This document shows, one piece after another, positions 36,166 through 49,839 of a DNA stretch of 62,034 bases (positions are counted from its first letter, which is position 1; each line of letters begins with the position of its first letter). This stretch comes from Lama guanicoe (lineage: Eukaryota), in NCBI GenBank assembly GCA_013239625.1, contig MU053432.1, forward strand, positions 1-62,034. The letters run 5' to 3'. The translations under genes and the position numbers were made by a program. The notes beneath the pieces are model-generated. The model ran no database searches, was not told the origin of the DNA, and saw only the letters and a list, made by a program, of their open reading frames with translations.

Positions 36166-39100
36166 CCTGGGAAATAATATTTGGAGACCATAATTTGAGT
36201 GCTAGGGTGATTGTTTCTCTTGTATTGGTTCAAAATAGATCTCTTGATGCTCTCCTCAAAAATCTGCCCCTCTCCCAGCTTGCTGCAATCTCAGTGGATG
36301 ACAACTTTATTCTTCCTGTTACTCAGGTCAAAAACCCTGGAGTCAGCTTTGATCCTCTCTTTCCTTCACATTTCCCATCCATGCTATTAGCAAGTCTACT
36401 GACTTTATCTTCAAAACCCATCCAGAGGGAAGATTGCCGAGATGGCGGAGTAGGCGGTCGTGGTGCTCACCCTCTTCCACAAATACAACAAAGACTACAT
36501 CTACCTACAGAACAATGTGCACAAAATGCCTACTGAACATTGGTAGAATATCTCTTGCTGCTGGAACTACAAGGAAATAACTCACAGAACTGGGTTTTAA
36601 AAAAAGGAAGAAGGTAAAGGAAAGCAGACAAGGACCTGTCCCCCGGGGAGGGAGCAGCAAAGGAGAAGAAGCGCCCTTACCCTGGGAAGCCCCCTCTCCA
36701 GTGGGGAGGTCAGCAGGGACAGAAAGGGAGCTCCAGAGGCTTAGAGGAGAAGATAGCAGCCACTTGGCAGACAGAACTGAGAGAAACCAGCACAGAGGGG
36801 CCCTGTGGTCCCTAGCCCAAAATGTGAGCCAGCAGGTGCAGGCCGAGACTGCGGGCTGGAGCTATGGCTTCCTGGAAAAGCCAGGGGTGAGGACTGTGGC
36901 TGACCACACAGAGGCAGCCTCAGGGGCTGGAGTGAGGTGTGGGCTGTGGCTGGGAGTGTGTGCAGACCGCCTGCATTTCCCCCCGCCCATAGAGAGCAAC
37001 ACTGCTAGTAGGCATGCGGGGAGGGGTGTAATGCAGTCCAGCCATAACAGCCCTAACCACTAGCCGAGAGGGCATTGCTCAGCACCATTGTTGGCACTGA
37101 GCTCTCTCGAGTAGTGGGGGCAGTTCAGATGGAGCAGTCTTCTTGGCTTGCTCTAGAGAGACACAATCAATGGTGCGCAGCTCCCAGGCAGAGGCAGGGC
37201 TGAATCTGAATTCATTCCCAGGGGTCCCATGACTTCCCAGGTGAACTGAGATTTGAATTGAGCCCCAGGCAGCAGTGGTGGATTTGCTCCACTGGTGCCT
37301 TTGTAGACCTGCGCCTTTGAGAAAACCGAGCAGAGTTCTGACACATAGCAGGAGCAGCTCTGGCATTAACAGTGGGCCTGTGAATGCAGACAAGGAGCTG
37401 GAGGCTGGGCTGACCCTGTGGGTCACAGTGGATCCAGGTGTGGGACTGCACGTGCACTACAGTGGGTCCCTGTGTCTGACATCAGCAAATTTGTACTGGT
37501 GGCACTGTGGGCACAGAATCTGACACTTCTGTGACTGAAGTGGGGACAAGTGTGGTGACAGCAAAATGCATCTTAGGTTGATATACATTTTAAATCTTTG
37601 TTTGGATCAGGATCTAAAGAAAGAGCTACACAATGTGATGGGTTGATATACATTTTAAATCTCTTTTAATCTATGAGTTCTTCCTCCCTGTCTCTTTTTT
37701 CTTTCTATTTACTTGTTGAAGCAAGGCCATTTGTTCCAAAGAGTTTGCCTCATTTTGGATTTTGCTGAATGCACCCCATGGTGTAGATTAACACGTCCCA
37801 CACTTCTCTGTATTGCCTACAAATTGGTATTTGGAATCTAGAGAGGGTGGGAGCAGCCTTCCACTGGGAAGCACACAATGTCTGCTTTTCGCTCTTTTTG
37901 TCATATTCAGAGCAGTTTATGCTCACTGCCTGGGCCTAATATCCCATTAAGATTGTCTCATGGTGACATTCAAATTCTATAATTCTTCTTTATTCTTAGC
38001 TGGGATACTTTGGTAAAAAGACAGGTCCCCTCATCTACTCTATGGGTACCCTGGGGTACAGTTTATATAGGAAAAGCAGGATAAATACTTGATTCTTTCC
38101 CTTTATTAACCACTTTTCAGAATACTGAGATGGTTCTCTATCATTCTCCAACAGAGGCAGATTAAGAGAACATTGTAGTATCACTAACATCTTTGCCATA
38201 AACATCTTTGATGATACTTAAGTCCACTGCAGTTGCATCCTAACTGATGCTCACATTATCCCATCTTTAGCAAGTGACTGAGTCCTTCTGCCAGGATCCT
38301 GTCTCCGACAACTTCCTTGCTACCTGATGTTTCGAGATGCTCCAGGATCATTTGTATTTCCTGTCCCACACCTGGGATCAGCAAACCTGGGAAATAATAT
38401 TTGGAGACCATAATTTGAGTGCTAGGGTGATTGTTTCTCTTGTATTGGTTCAAAATAGATCCCTTGATGCTCTCCTCAAAACTCTGCCCCTCTCCCAGCT
38501 TGCTGCAATCTCAGCGGATGACAACTTTATTCTTCCTGTTACTCAGGTCAAAAACCCTGGGGTCAGCTTTGATCCTCTCTTTCCTTCACATTTCCCATCC
38601 ATGCTGTTAGCAAGTCTACTGACTTTATCTTCAAAACCCATCCAGAGGGAAGATTGCCGAGATGGCGGAGTAGGCGGTCGTGGTGCTCACCCTCTTCCAC
38701 AAATACAACAAAACACTTACCTACAATGTGCACAAAATGCCTACTGAACATTGGTAGAATATCTCTTGCTGCTGGAACTACAAGGAAATAACTCACAGAA
38801 CTGGGTTTTAAAAAAAGGAAGAAGGTAAAGGAAAGCAGACAAGGACCTGTCCCCCGGGGAGGGAGCAGCAAAGGAGAAGAAGCGCCCTTACCCTGGGAAG
38901 CCCCCTCTCCAGTGGGGAGGTCAGCAGGGACAGAAAGGGAGCTCCAGAGGCTTAGAGGAGAAGATAGCAGCCACTTGGCAGACAGAACTGAGAGAAACCA
39001 GCACAGAGGGGCCCTGTGGTCCCTAGCCCAAAATGTGAGCCAGCAGGTGCAGGCCGAGACTGCGGGCTGGAGCTATGGCTTCCTGGAAAAGCCAGGGGTG

Positions 39101-39785
39101 AGGACTGTGGCTGACCACACAGAGGCAGCCTCAGGGGCTGGAGTGAGGTGTGGGCTGTGGCTGGGAGTGTGTGCAGACAGCCTGCATTTCCCCCCGCCCA
39201 TAGAGAGCAACACTGCTAGTAGGCATGCGGGGAGGGGTGTAATGCAGTCCAGCCATAACAGCCCTAACCACTAGCCGAGAGGGCATTGCTCAGCACCATT
39301 GTTGGCACTGAGCTCTCTCGAGTAGTGGGGGCAGTTCAGATGGAGCAGTCTTCTTGGCTTGCTCTAGAGAGACACAATCAATGGTGCGCAGCTCCCAGGC
39401 AGAGGCAGGGCTGAATCTGAATTCATTCCCAGGGGTCCCATGACTTCCCAGGTGAACTGAGATTTGAATTGAGCCCCAGGCAGCAGTGGTGGATTTGCTC
39501 CACTGGTGCCTTTGTAGACCTGCGCCTTTGAGAAAACCGAGCAGAGTTCTGACACATAGCAGGAGCAGCTCTGGCATTAACAGTGGGCCTGTGAATGCAG
39601 ACAAGGAGCTGGAGGCTGGGCTGACCCTGTGGGTCACAGTGGATCCAGGTGTGGGACTGCACGTGCACTACAGTGGGTCCCTGTGTCTGACATCAGCAAA
39701 TTTGTACTGGTGGCACTGTGGGCACAGAATCTGACACTTCTGTGACTGAAGTGGGGACAAGTGTGGTGACAGCAAAATGCATCTT
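35356..39785. repeat. ~2.2 kb direct tandem duplication (35356-37574 and 37576-39785)
   Basis: Matching ORF sets offset by 2220 then 2211 nt; includes the L1 5' junction. Confidence 0.97.
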
Positions 39786-42700
39786 GTAAAGCTGAACAAT
39801 AAAGGCTGTTTCTGGTGGACGTCTCCTGCTGAGGAACACTCAGAGCTCCTCTTCCAGCGGAAGTGCTCCAGTCTGACCTGCCATACACCACAGCTCAGGA
39901 AACAGGTCTGGAAGCCTCCTAACAACAGGGAAGCAGACCCAGCCCCTGTCAGGGCTGTGACAACCACAGAACAAAGAGGAGATCCCACTTACCACCCAGG
40001 GCAGGCTCTGGTCACCGCAACACCAGCCACACTCCCAATCAACAGCCAGCGTACATGGAGGGAAGACATGGCGATTATCCACACTAAAAACAGCTCTTGT
40101 GACAAAAATACTAGATGTGCACAGTCTACACAGGGATCTCCCACATTTAAAACAAAATGAAACAAAATCACCCTTTAAGGCCATGGTAGATAACTGTTAT
40201 TTCTAAATTCACAGAGTCAGAGAAATGTAAGTAAAATGAAGAAGCATAGGAACCTCCCCTAATTAAAAAACAAGAGAAGTTCCCTGAAAGAACAATGAAA
40301 CAAACCTTCACAGTCTACTAGATCCTGAGTTTAGAAAGGAGGTGATAAAAGCACTGAAGGAAATAACGGAGGTTATCAACTGAAATGCAAATACTGTAAA
40401 AGAAGGAAATTGAAATTACACAGAGGAGCCAGTTAAAATCAGAAAACCCAGTTGCTGAGATAAAAGCCAAGCTAAAGACAATCAATAGCAGACTAAATAA
40501 TGCAGGAGAACAAATGAGTGATTTAGAAGACAGTATAATAGAAATCATCCAATCAGAACAGCAGACAGAAAAGCAAGTAAAAACAAATGAAAGCAATAAA
40601 AGGGACCTATGGGATAATAAAAAGCATGCCAACCTACATATAATAGTGGTCCCAGAAGGGGAAGAAAGAGAAAAGGGGATTGAAAAGGTATCTGAAGAAA
40701 TCATGACTGAAAACTTCCCAAACCTAAAGAAGGAAACAGATATCCAAGTACAGGAAGCACAGAGTGTCCAAAAAAGATGAACCTAAACAGACCAACACCA
40801 AGACATATTATAATTAAGATGGCCAAAGTTGAAGAAAATATTCAAAAGCAGCAAGAGAAAAGCAGAGAGTCAATTACAAGGGAGCCCTCATAAGGCTCTC
40901 AGCTGATTTCTCTATGGAAGCATTTCCGGCCAGAAGGGAGAGGCAAGATATATTCTAAGTGCTGAAAAAGAAGATGCAGCCTAGGATACTCTACCCAAGA
41001 ATATCCTTTAGAATAGAAGGAGGGATAAAGAATTTCACAGACAAGCAAAAACCAAAAGAATACAACAATACTAAACCTATCCTAAAACAAATATTAAAAA
41101 GTCTTCTCTAAACAGAAAACAAGCAGAAATCTATAGAAAAGAGACAATCACAATTGGAAATGCAGTAACTACAATGAATAGCAAGAGAATAAACATCAAG
41201 ATGTAAAAAAGAGCATCAGATCACTAAATGTGGGAGAGGAGAGCAAGCAAATGTAGATTTTTAAATTCTTTTTAAGGTGTGTTTGAGCCTATATGACTAC
41301 AAATATAAAGGAAATAGATGTAGTGATGAGTTAACATACTTGAAAAACAGGATAACCACAAATCAAAAGCATGCAATACAGCCACAGAAAGGCACAACAA
41401 AAAGAAATCAAGCTAATACAAAAGAAAATTATCAAACCACAAAAGGAAAAACAAAACGAAAGGAACAAAGAAGAAATGCATAATCAACTGGAAAAGAAAG
41501 TTTAAAATGGCAATAAACACACATCTGTCAATAGTTACCATAAATGTCAATGGACCAAATGAAAAAAACAAAAGACACTTAGTGGGAGATTGGATAAGAA
41601 AACAAGAGCCAATGATATGCTACCTACAAGAGACCCACTTTAGTGTGAAGGACACAAATTGACTGAAAGCGAGAGAATGGAAAAAGATATTTCATGCAAA
41701 TCTATAAGACAAGAAAGTGGGGGTAGCAATACTCAGATCAGACAAAATAAAACAAAGGCCATGAAGAAAGATAAAGTACACTATATAATGATAAAAGGAG
41801 CAATACACAAAGAGGTTATTACACTTGTTAATGTATATCTGCCCAATATAGGAGGACCTAAATATATAAAACAAATACTAACAGACATAAAGTGAGAAAC
41901 TGATGGGAATACAATAACAGTAGGAGACTTTAACACCCCACCAACATCCCTGGACAGATCTTCCAGACAGATTTTCAATAAGGCAATGGAGATAATAAAT
42001 GACACAATAGAACAGTTAGACTTAATTGATATTTTCAGGCATTATATCCCCCCCTAAAAATGTACATTCTTTTCAAGTGCACATAGAACATAGTCTGGAT
42101 AGAACACATACTCAGACACAAAAGAAACCTCAACAAATTTAAGATGAAAAAAATTATTTCAAACATCTTTTCTGACGTCAATAGCATGAAACTCAAAGTC
42201 AACCACAGAAAGAAAAACAAGGAAATAATGACTGCATGGAGACTAAAACAAATTGTAATAAAAAAACCAATGGGTCAATGATGAAATCAAAGAATAAATT
42301 AAAAAATACCTCGAGACAAACTATAATGAAAACACTACCACACAAAATCTATGGGGTGCAGCAAAGGCTACCCTAAGAAGGAAGCTCATCGTGATAAAGG
42401 CCTTCCTCACAAAACAAGAACAATCTCAAACAATCTAACCTACCACCTAAAAGAATTAGAAAAAGAAGGACAAACAAAAGCCAAAGTCAGTAGAAGGAAA
42501 GAAATAGTAAAGATCAAGGAGGAAATAAATAAAATAGAAATTAAAAAATAGAAAAAAATCAATCAAACCAAGAGTTGGGTTTTTTTGAAAGAGGAACAAA
42601 ATTGACAAACCTCTGGCCAGTCTCACGAAGAAGAGAGAGAGGATACAAATAAACAAAATAAGAAAGGAAAATGGAGAAATTACAACCAATAACACAGAAA

Positions 42701-45700
42701 TACAAAAAAACCATAAAAGAATATTATGAATAATATGGAAACAAATTGGACAACCTAGGAGAAATGGACACATTTCTAGAAATATACAGTCCACAAAGAC
42801 TGAGTCAAGAAGAAATAGACCACTTGAACAGACTGATCACTAGAAGTGAAATAGAACCAGCAATAAAAACCTCCATGATGTGATACAACAGTCCCACTCC
42901 TGGGCATATATCAGGAAGGAACTCTAACTTAAAAGATACATGCCTCCCAATGTTCATAGCAGCACTATGTACAATAACCAAGACATGAAAACAACCTAAA
43001 TGTCCATCAACAGATGATTGAATAAGGAAGTTGTGATATATTTATACAATGGAATATTACTCGGCCATGAAAAAGAATAAAATATGGCCATTTGCAGCAA
43101 CATGAATGGACCTGCAGATGTTCATTCTAAGTTAAGTAAGCCAGAAAGAAAAAGATATATATATGTATATATATGATATATGCTATAACTCATACGTGGA
43201 ATCTTAAAAAAACAGACACGAACTTATTTACAAATAGAAGCAGACTCACAGACATAGAAAATAAACTTATGGCTACCAGTGGGGGAAGGGAGCAGGAAGG
43301 GATTAAATTGGGAGTTCAAGATTTGCAGATACTAATACTATATATAAAATAGATAAAGTTTATACTGTGTAGCACAGGGAACTATGCTCAGTATCTTATA
43401 GCAACCTTTAATGAAAAAGAATAAGAAAAAGAGTATATGCACGTTCATGTATGACTGAAACATTATGCTGTACACCAGAAATTGACACAACATTGTAAAC
43501 TGACTATACGACAATTAAAAAAAAAGAATCTCTACATCCAGACTCTGACAGCTTCTCACCTCTGGCACTGCTTCTTGCCTGGTCTATCGTCTCTCACCTA
43601 ATTTACTGCAATAGCCTCATACCTGATTCTTCTGTGTCTGCTTATTCTTTACATAGCTGCAAATGAGCTCTTTTTACAAACATAACTCAGATCTTGGCAT
43701 TACTTTGCTCAAAACCATTTCCAATGCCTTCTCACTTCACTCAGAGCAGGTTCTAAAACCTTACAATGGTTTGTAAGGACTTTTTTATTTACATTTTCAT
43801 TCTATTTTTATTCCATATTTATAAACATGACTTCACCTCATTTCAAAGTGAAAAGAAGGATCATGATTTGTCTCAAGAGAGAAAACTTGCTAAAAGGTGT
43901 ACTTGAGAATTCAGAATTCGGTACTTTGCTTAGTGGTCCATAAAATAAAAAAGAAATTAATTTAGAGATTATGCATTACCATTTGAGCTGAATTCAGAAT
44001 GAAGATCATATTTCATAATTGAGTGCCTGGTGCAGACAAAGGCGTTTTATACATTGTATCTAGTTAGTATTATGCTATGGAGACGCTGCATTATAGAGCT
44101 CAATACCGTTGTAAAATTTCTGTCTATCAAGAACTTTTATAATTCAGTCTTTAGATTCATGAAGATAAAAGGAATATGCTTGTACAAAACCTTTCCAGCT
44201 TCCTTTTCATAAAGTAGCTTTCTCATGTACTTTATAAAATATCTAATGTTTTCATGTATCAAATGGCATTTGTGATATTTATTTTAAATATAGGGAAAAG
44301 GGACTACACTTAATTGACAAGATTAAATGATAAAATATCCCGATTTTAATAATCTTTTTGAAGAATATTCTTAATGTCAAATGTTATGCTTTTGTTTTCT
44401 TAGACAGACTACGTCAATAATAATCTCATTTCTCTTGATAGTTTACAATTTCATTACTGAGTAGCACATTTTCCACCCTAATTTAGTATAAAGTGAATTC
44501 AGAGGCTAGTGGGCTGTAGAAAGTTGAGCTCCTTGCCACCCCTCCCTCACAGCATCGTAGAGCCCCTTGCTTTGTTGTGTCCATGTGCCTGAGTTTTTTA
44601 CTTTGTTTTTCACCCTTCTAATCATTATGGAAAACAGTATGAAGATTCCTCAGGAAACTAAAAATAGATTTACCATGTGATACAACAGTCCCACTCCTGG
44701 GCACATATCAGGAAGGAACTCTAACTTAAAAGATACATGCCTCCCAGTGTTCATAGCAGCACTATATACAATAACCAAGACATGAAAATAACCTAAATGT
44801 CCATCAACAGATGATTGAATAAGGAAGTTGTGATATATTTATACAATGGAATATTACTCGGCCATGAAAAAGAATAAAATATGGCCATTTGCAGCAACAT
44901 GAATGGACCTGCAGATGTTCATTCTAAGTTAAGTAAGCCAGAAAGAAAAAGATATATATATGTATATATATGATATATGCTATAACTCATACGTGGAATC
45001 TTAAAAAAACAGACACGAACTTATTTACAAATAGAAGCAGACTCACAGACATAGAAAATAAACTTATGGCTACCAGTGGGGGAAGGGAGCAGGAAGGGAT
45101 TAAATTGGGAGTTCAAGATTTGCAGATACTAACTACTATATATAAAATAGATAAAGAAGTTTATACTGTGTAGCACAGGGAACTATGCTCAGTATCTTAT
45201 AGCAACCTTTAATGAAAAAGAATAAGAAAAAGAGTATATGCACGTACATGTATGACTGAAACATTATGCTGTACACCAGAAATTGACACAACATTGTAAA
45301 CTGACTATACGACAATTAAAAAAAAAAAATCCCTACATCCAGACTCTGACAGCTTCTCACCTCTGGCACTGCTTCTTGCCTGGTCTATCGTCTCTCACCT
45401 AATTTACTGCAATAGCCTCATACCTGATTCTTCTGTGTCTGCTTATTCTTTACATAGCTGCAAATGAGCTCTTTTTACAAACATAACTCAGATCTTGGCA
45501 TTACTTTGCTCAAAACCATTTCCAATGCCTTCTCACTTCACTCAGAGCAGGTTCTAAAACCTTACAATGGTTTGTAAGGACTTTTTTATTTACATTTTCA
45601 TTCTATTTTTATTCCATATTTATAAACATGACTTGACCTCATTTCAAAGTGAAAAGAAGGATCATGATTTGTCTCAAGAGAGAAAACTTGCTAAAAGGTG

Positions 45701-47530
45701 TACTTGAGAATTCAGAATTCGGTACTTTGCTTAGTGGTCCATAAAATAAAAAAGAAATTAATTTAGAGATTATGCATTACCATTTGAGCTGAATTCAGAA
45801 TGAAGATCATATTTCATAATTGAGTGCCTGGTGCAGACAAAGGCGTTTTATACATTGTATCTAGTTAGTATTATGCTATGGAGACGCTGCATTATAGAGC
45901 TCAATACCGTTGTAAAATTTCTGTCTATCAAGAACTTTTATAATTCAGTCTTTAGATTCATGAAGATAAAAGGAATATGCTTGTACAAAACCTTTCCAGC
46001 TTCCTTTTCATAAAGTAGCTTTCTCATGTACTTTATAAAATATCTAATGTTTTCATGTATCAAATGGCATTTGTGATATTTATTTTAAATATAGGGAAAA
46101 GGGACTACACTTAATTGACAAGATTAAATGATAAAATATCCCGATTTTAATAATCTTTTTGAAGAATATTCTTAATGTCAAATGTTATGCTTTTGTTTTC
46201 TTAGACAGACTACGTCAATAATAATCTCATTTCTCTTGATAGTTTACAATTTTCATTACTGAGTAGCACATTTTCCACCCTAATTTAGTATAAAGTGAAT
46301 TCAGAGGCTAGTGGGCTGTAGAAAGTTGAGCTCCTTGCCACCCCTCCCTCACAGCATCGTAGAGCCCCTTGCTTTGTTGTGTCCATGTGCCTGAGTTTTT
46401 TACTTTGTTTTTCAACCTTCTATTTTGCTATTGGGCTGTTAGCCGTCCTTCATANNNNNNNNNNNNNNNNNNNNNNNNNNNNNNNNNNNNNNNNNNNNNN
46501 NNNTGGGAAAAAATATTTGCAAATAATGCAGTTAACAAGTGCTTAACCTCCAGAATATACAAACAGCTTGTGCAACTTTATAACAAAAAAGCAACCCAAT
46601 CCAAAAATGGGCAAAATACCTAAACAAGCGATTCTCCAATGATGACATACAATGGCCAATAAGCACATGAAAAAATGCTCAATATCCTTAATTATCAGAG
46701 AAATGCAAATCAAAACTACAGTGAGATATCATCTCACACCAGTGAGAATGACCATCATTCAAAAGTCCATAAATGATAAATGCTGGAGAGTGTGTGGAGA
46801 AAAGGGAACTTTCCTACACTGTTGGTGAGAATGTAGTTTGGTGCAGTCATTATGGAAAACAGTACGAAGATTCCTCAGGAAACTAAAAATAGATTTACCA
46901 TGTGATACAACAGTCCCACTCCTGGGCATATATCAGGAAGGAACTCTAACTTAAAAGATACATGCCTCCCAATGTTCATAGCAGCACTATGTACAATAAC
47001 CAAGACATGAAAACAACCTAAATGTCCATCAACAGATGATTGAATAAGGAAGTTGTGATATATTTATACAATGGAATATTACTCAGCCATGAAAAATAAT
47101 AAATATGACCATTTGCAGCAACATGAATGGACCTGCAGATGGTCATTATAAGTGAAGTAAGCCAGAAAGAAAAAGATACATATATGTGTATATATGATAT
47201 AACTCATACGTGGAATCAAAAAAACAGACATGAACTTATTTACAAATAGAAGCAGACTCACAGACATAGAAAACAAACTTATGGCTACCAGTGGGGGAAG
47301 GGAGCAGGAAGGGATTAAATTGGGAGTTCAAGATTTGCAGATACTAACTACTATATATAAAATAGATAAACAAGTTTATACTGTGTAGCACAGGGAACTA
47401 TACTCAGTATCTTATAGCAGCCTTTAATGAAAAAGAATATATGCATGTACATGTATGACTGAGACATTATGCTGTACACCAGAAATTGACACAACATTGT
47501 AAACTGACTATACGACAATTAAAAAAAAAA
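38647..47530 (+). mobile_element. Originally full-length, decayed L1 inserted in L2; assembled in scrambled pieces
   Basis: 5' end GGGAAGATTGCCGAGATGGCGG (YY1-like), ORF1 ~40236-41110 (MSDLEDSIIEIIQSEQQ…ENFPNL), ORF2 from ATG 41507 (MAINTHLSIVTINVNG; VGDFNTP) with stops and frameshifts, and 3' ends at ~43525, ~45328 and ~47532. TSD core CATCCAGA on both sides. Confidence 0.9.
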
Positions 47531-48657
47531 AATCCCTACATCCAGACTCTGACAGCTTCTCACCTCTGGCACTGCTTCTTGCCTGGTCTATCGTCTCTCA
47601 CCTAATTTACTGCAATAGCCTCATACCTGATTCTTCTGTGTCTGCTTATTCTTTACATAGCTGCAAATGAGCTCTTTTTACAAACATAACTCAGATCTTG
47701 GCATTACTTTGCTCAAAACCATTTCCAATGCCTTCTCACTTCACTCAGAGCAGGTTCTAAAACCTTACAATGGTTTGTAAGGACTTTTTTATTTACATTT
47801 TCATTCTATTTTTATTCCATATTTATAAACATGACTTGACCTCATTTCAAAGTGAAAAGAAGGATCATGATTTGTCTCAAGAGAGAAAACTTGCTAAAAG
47901 GTGTACTTGAGAATTCAGAATTCGGTACTTTGCTTAGTGGTCCATAAAATAAAAAAGAAATTAATTTAGAGATTATGCATTACCATTTGAGCTGAATTCA
48001 GAATGAAGATCATATTTCATAATTGAGTGCCTGGTGCAGACAAAGGCGTTTTATACATTGTATCTAGTTAGTATTATGCTATGGAGACGCTGCATTATAG
48101 AGCTCAATACCGTTGTAAAATTTCTGTCTATCAAGAACTTTTATAATTCAGTCTTTAGATTCATGAAGATAAAAGGAATATGCTTGTACAAAACCTTTCC
48201 AGCTTCCTTTTCATAAAGTAGCTTTCTCATGTACTTTATAAAATATCTAATGTTTTCATGTATCAAATGGCATTTGTGATATTTATTTTAAATATAGGGA
48301 AAAGGGACTACACTTAATTGACAAGATTAAATGATAAAATATCCCGATTTTAATAATCTTTTTGAAGAATATTCTTAATGTCAAATGTTATGCTTTTGTT
48401 TTCTTAGACAGACTACGTCAATAATAATCTCATTTCTCTTGATAGTTTACAATTTTCATTACTGAGTAGCACATTTTCTGCCCTAATTTAGTATAAAGTG
48501 AATTCAGAGGCTAGTGGGCTGTAGAAAGTTGAGCTCCTTGCCACCCCTCCCTCACAGCATCGTAGAGCCCCTTGCTTTGTTGTGTCCATGTGCCTGAGTT
48601 TTTTACTTTGTTTTTCACCCTTCTATTTTGCTATTGGGCTGTTAGCCGTCCTTCATA
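42878..48657. repeat. Triplicated ~1.8 kb unit (L1 3' end plus flank): 42878-44620, 44622-46454, 46847-48657
   Basis: Identical 60-aa ORF at 44030, 45831 and 48034; near-identical nucleotide sequence. Confidence 0.97.
46455..46503. other. Assembly gap (49 N)
   Basis: Run of N. Confidence 1.
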
Positions 48658-48666
48658 CATTCTTTC

Positions 48667-48911
48667 CTTTTTTTTTAAATTGAGGTATAGTCAGTTACAA
48701 TGTGTCAATTTCTGCTGTACAGCATAATGTCCCTGTCATGCATGTATATACATATATTTATTTTCTTATTCTTTTTCATTAAAGGCTATTACAAGATATT
48801 GAATATAGTTCCCTGTGCTATACAGAAATTTGTTTTTTATCTATTTTTATAGATAGTAGTTAAAATTTGCAAATCTCAAACTCCCAAATTTATCCCTTCC
48901 TACCCTCCCTC
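48667..48911 (-). mobile_element. 5'-truncated L1 3' end
   Basis: Poly(T) followed by AAATTGAGGTATAGTCAGTTACAATGTGTCAATTTCTG; TSD CATTCTTTC at 48658-48666 and 48912-48920. Confidence 0.9.
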
Positions 48912-49334
48912 ATTCTTTCTTGTTTCCATTTATCTAATTTTTTAAAATCGTGCTGAGAGAAAGGAGATAACCTTCAGACACAGCACCCGTCTGTAACAAA
49001 GCTCGACTTGGGCAAGTCACTTCTATAATTTGCAGGGGCAAGGTTGGGGCATAGGTAGTTGAGAGGACTAAAGAATGGCTTATGACATATGAAAATCACC
49101 TGGCTTCCAACAATACCCAGCTGCAGTTGTATTGACTGTCCAAAGGCTTTCCTCATCAGTGACAGCCATCCTCCTGGATGAATGAAATTACTTGCCAAAT
49201 ATTTAAAAATATTGTTGTGTTTTGATTTTATATAACCAAGAATGATACAAGCGAAGAGTCTCACAGCCCCTCACTCAAGGCAGGGAATAATGACTGTTGT
49301 GCATGCTCAGTTATCCCATAAGGAGAGGCATGGG

Positions 49335-49404
49335 CCTGGGACATTGTGCTGTATACCAGAAATTGACACATTGTAACTGACTATACTTCAATTTTTTTAA
49401 AAAA
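49335..49404 (+). mobile_element. ~70-bp L1 3' terminal insertion
   Basis: TGTGCTGTATACCAGAAATTGACACATTGTAACTGACTATACTTCAA; TSD AGAGGCATGGG at 49324-49334 and 49405-49415. Confidence 0.88.
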
Positions 49405-49473
49405 AGAGGCATGGGATAGAAAGATGATTTCATGAGCTATTATATATATATAAAATATTAAAAATATAACATA

Positions 49474-49596
49474 TTTTTTTTAGAGGGGAGAGGTAATTAG
49501 GTTTATTTATTTATTTCTTAATGGAGGTACTGGAGATTGAACCTAGGACCTCGTGCATGCTAAGCAGAAACTCAACCGCTGAGCTATACCCTCCCC
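49474..49596 (-). mobile_element. tRNA-derived SINE
   Basis: Reverse complement of the SINE including the TAAACCTAATTACCTCTCCCC tail. Confidence 0.9.
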
Positions 49597-49839
49597 GGTC
49601 CCCCACCCCCCGAGCTATTAAATATGATCACAACTATCACAGAGCCGAGTGGTTCAAGATATGAGACTATGAGCTGCTAAATCAAATTTTATCTGTGAGC
49701 ACTGCACATCCCCTGAAGATTCTCTAACCCGTGATGACTACTTTTGAAGATAGCTTATGCCCAAGTCAATCTTTTTCTTTTTTTTCAAAAATTTTAATTT
49801 GTTTAACTGCATATTTTTTTCTCATTTGTCTTTTGAGCC

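Larger units (their letters stand above)
47785..49835 (-). pseudogene. Candidate processed retrocopy or orphan transduction of unknown source splitting an L2
   Basis: T-tract at 47785-47790 with AATAAA (minus, 47816-47811) ~20 nt upstream of it; L2 sequence stops at 47784 and resumes at ~49840. Confidence 0.45.

Noticed and set aside
40236..42875. Retrotransposition-competent L1
   Set aside because: ORF1 and ORF2 carry many stops and frameshifts, and the RT region is absent from the assembly.
33090..48216. Repeated ORFs (e.g. 33090/36117/38337; 44030/45831/48034) as a tandem gene family or array
   Set aside because: They are chance translations of duplicated L2, L1 5'UTR and flank DNA. The duplications are probably assembly-related.
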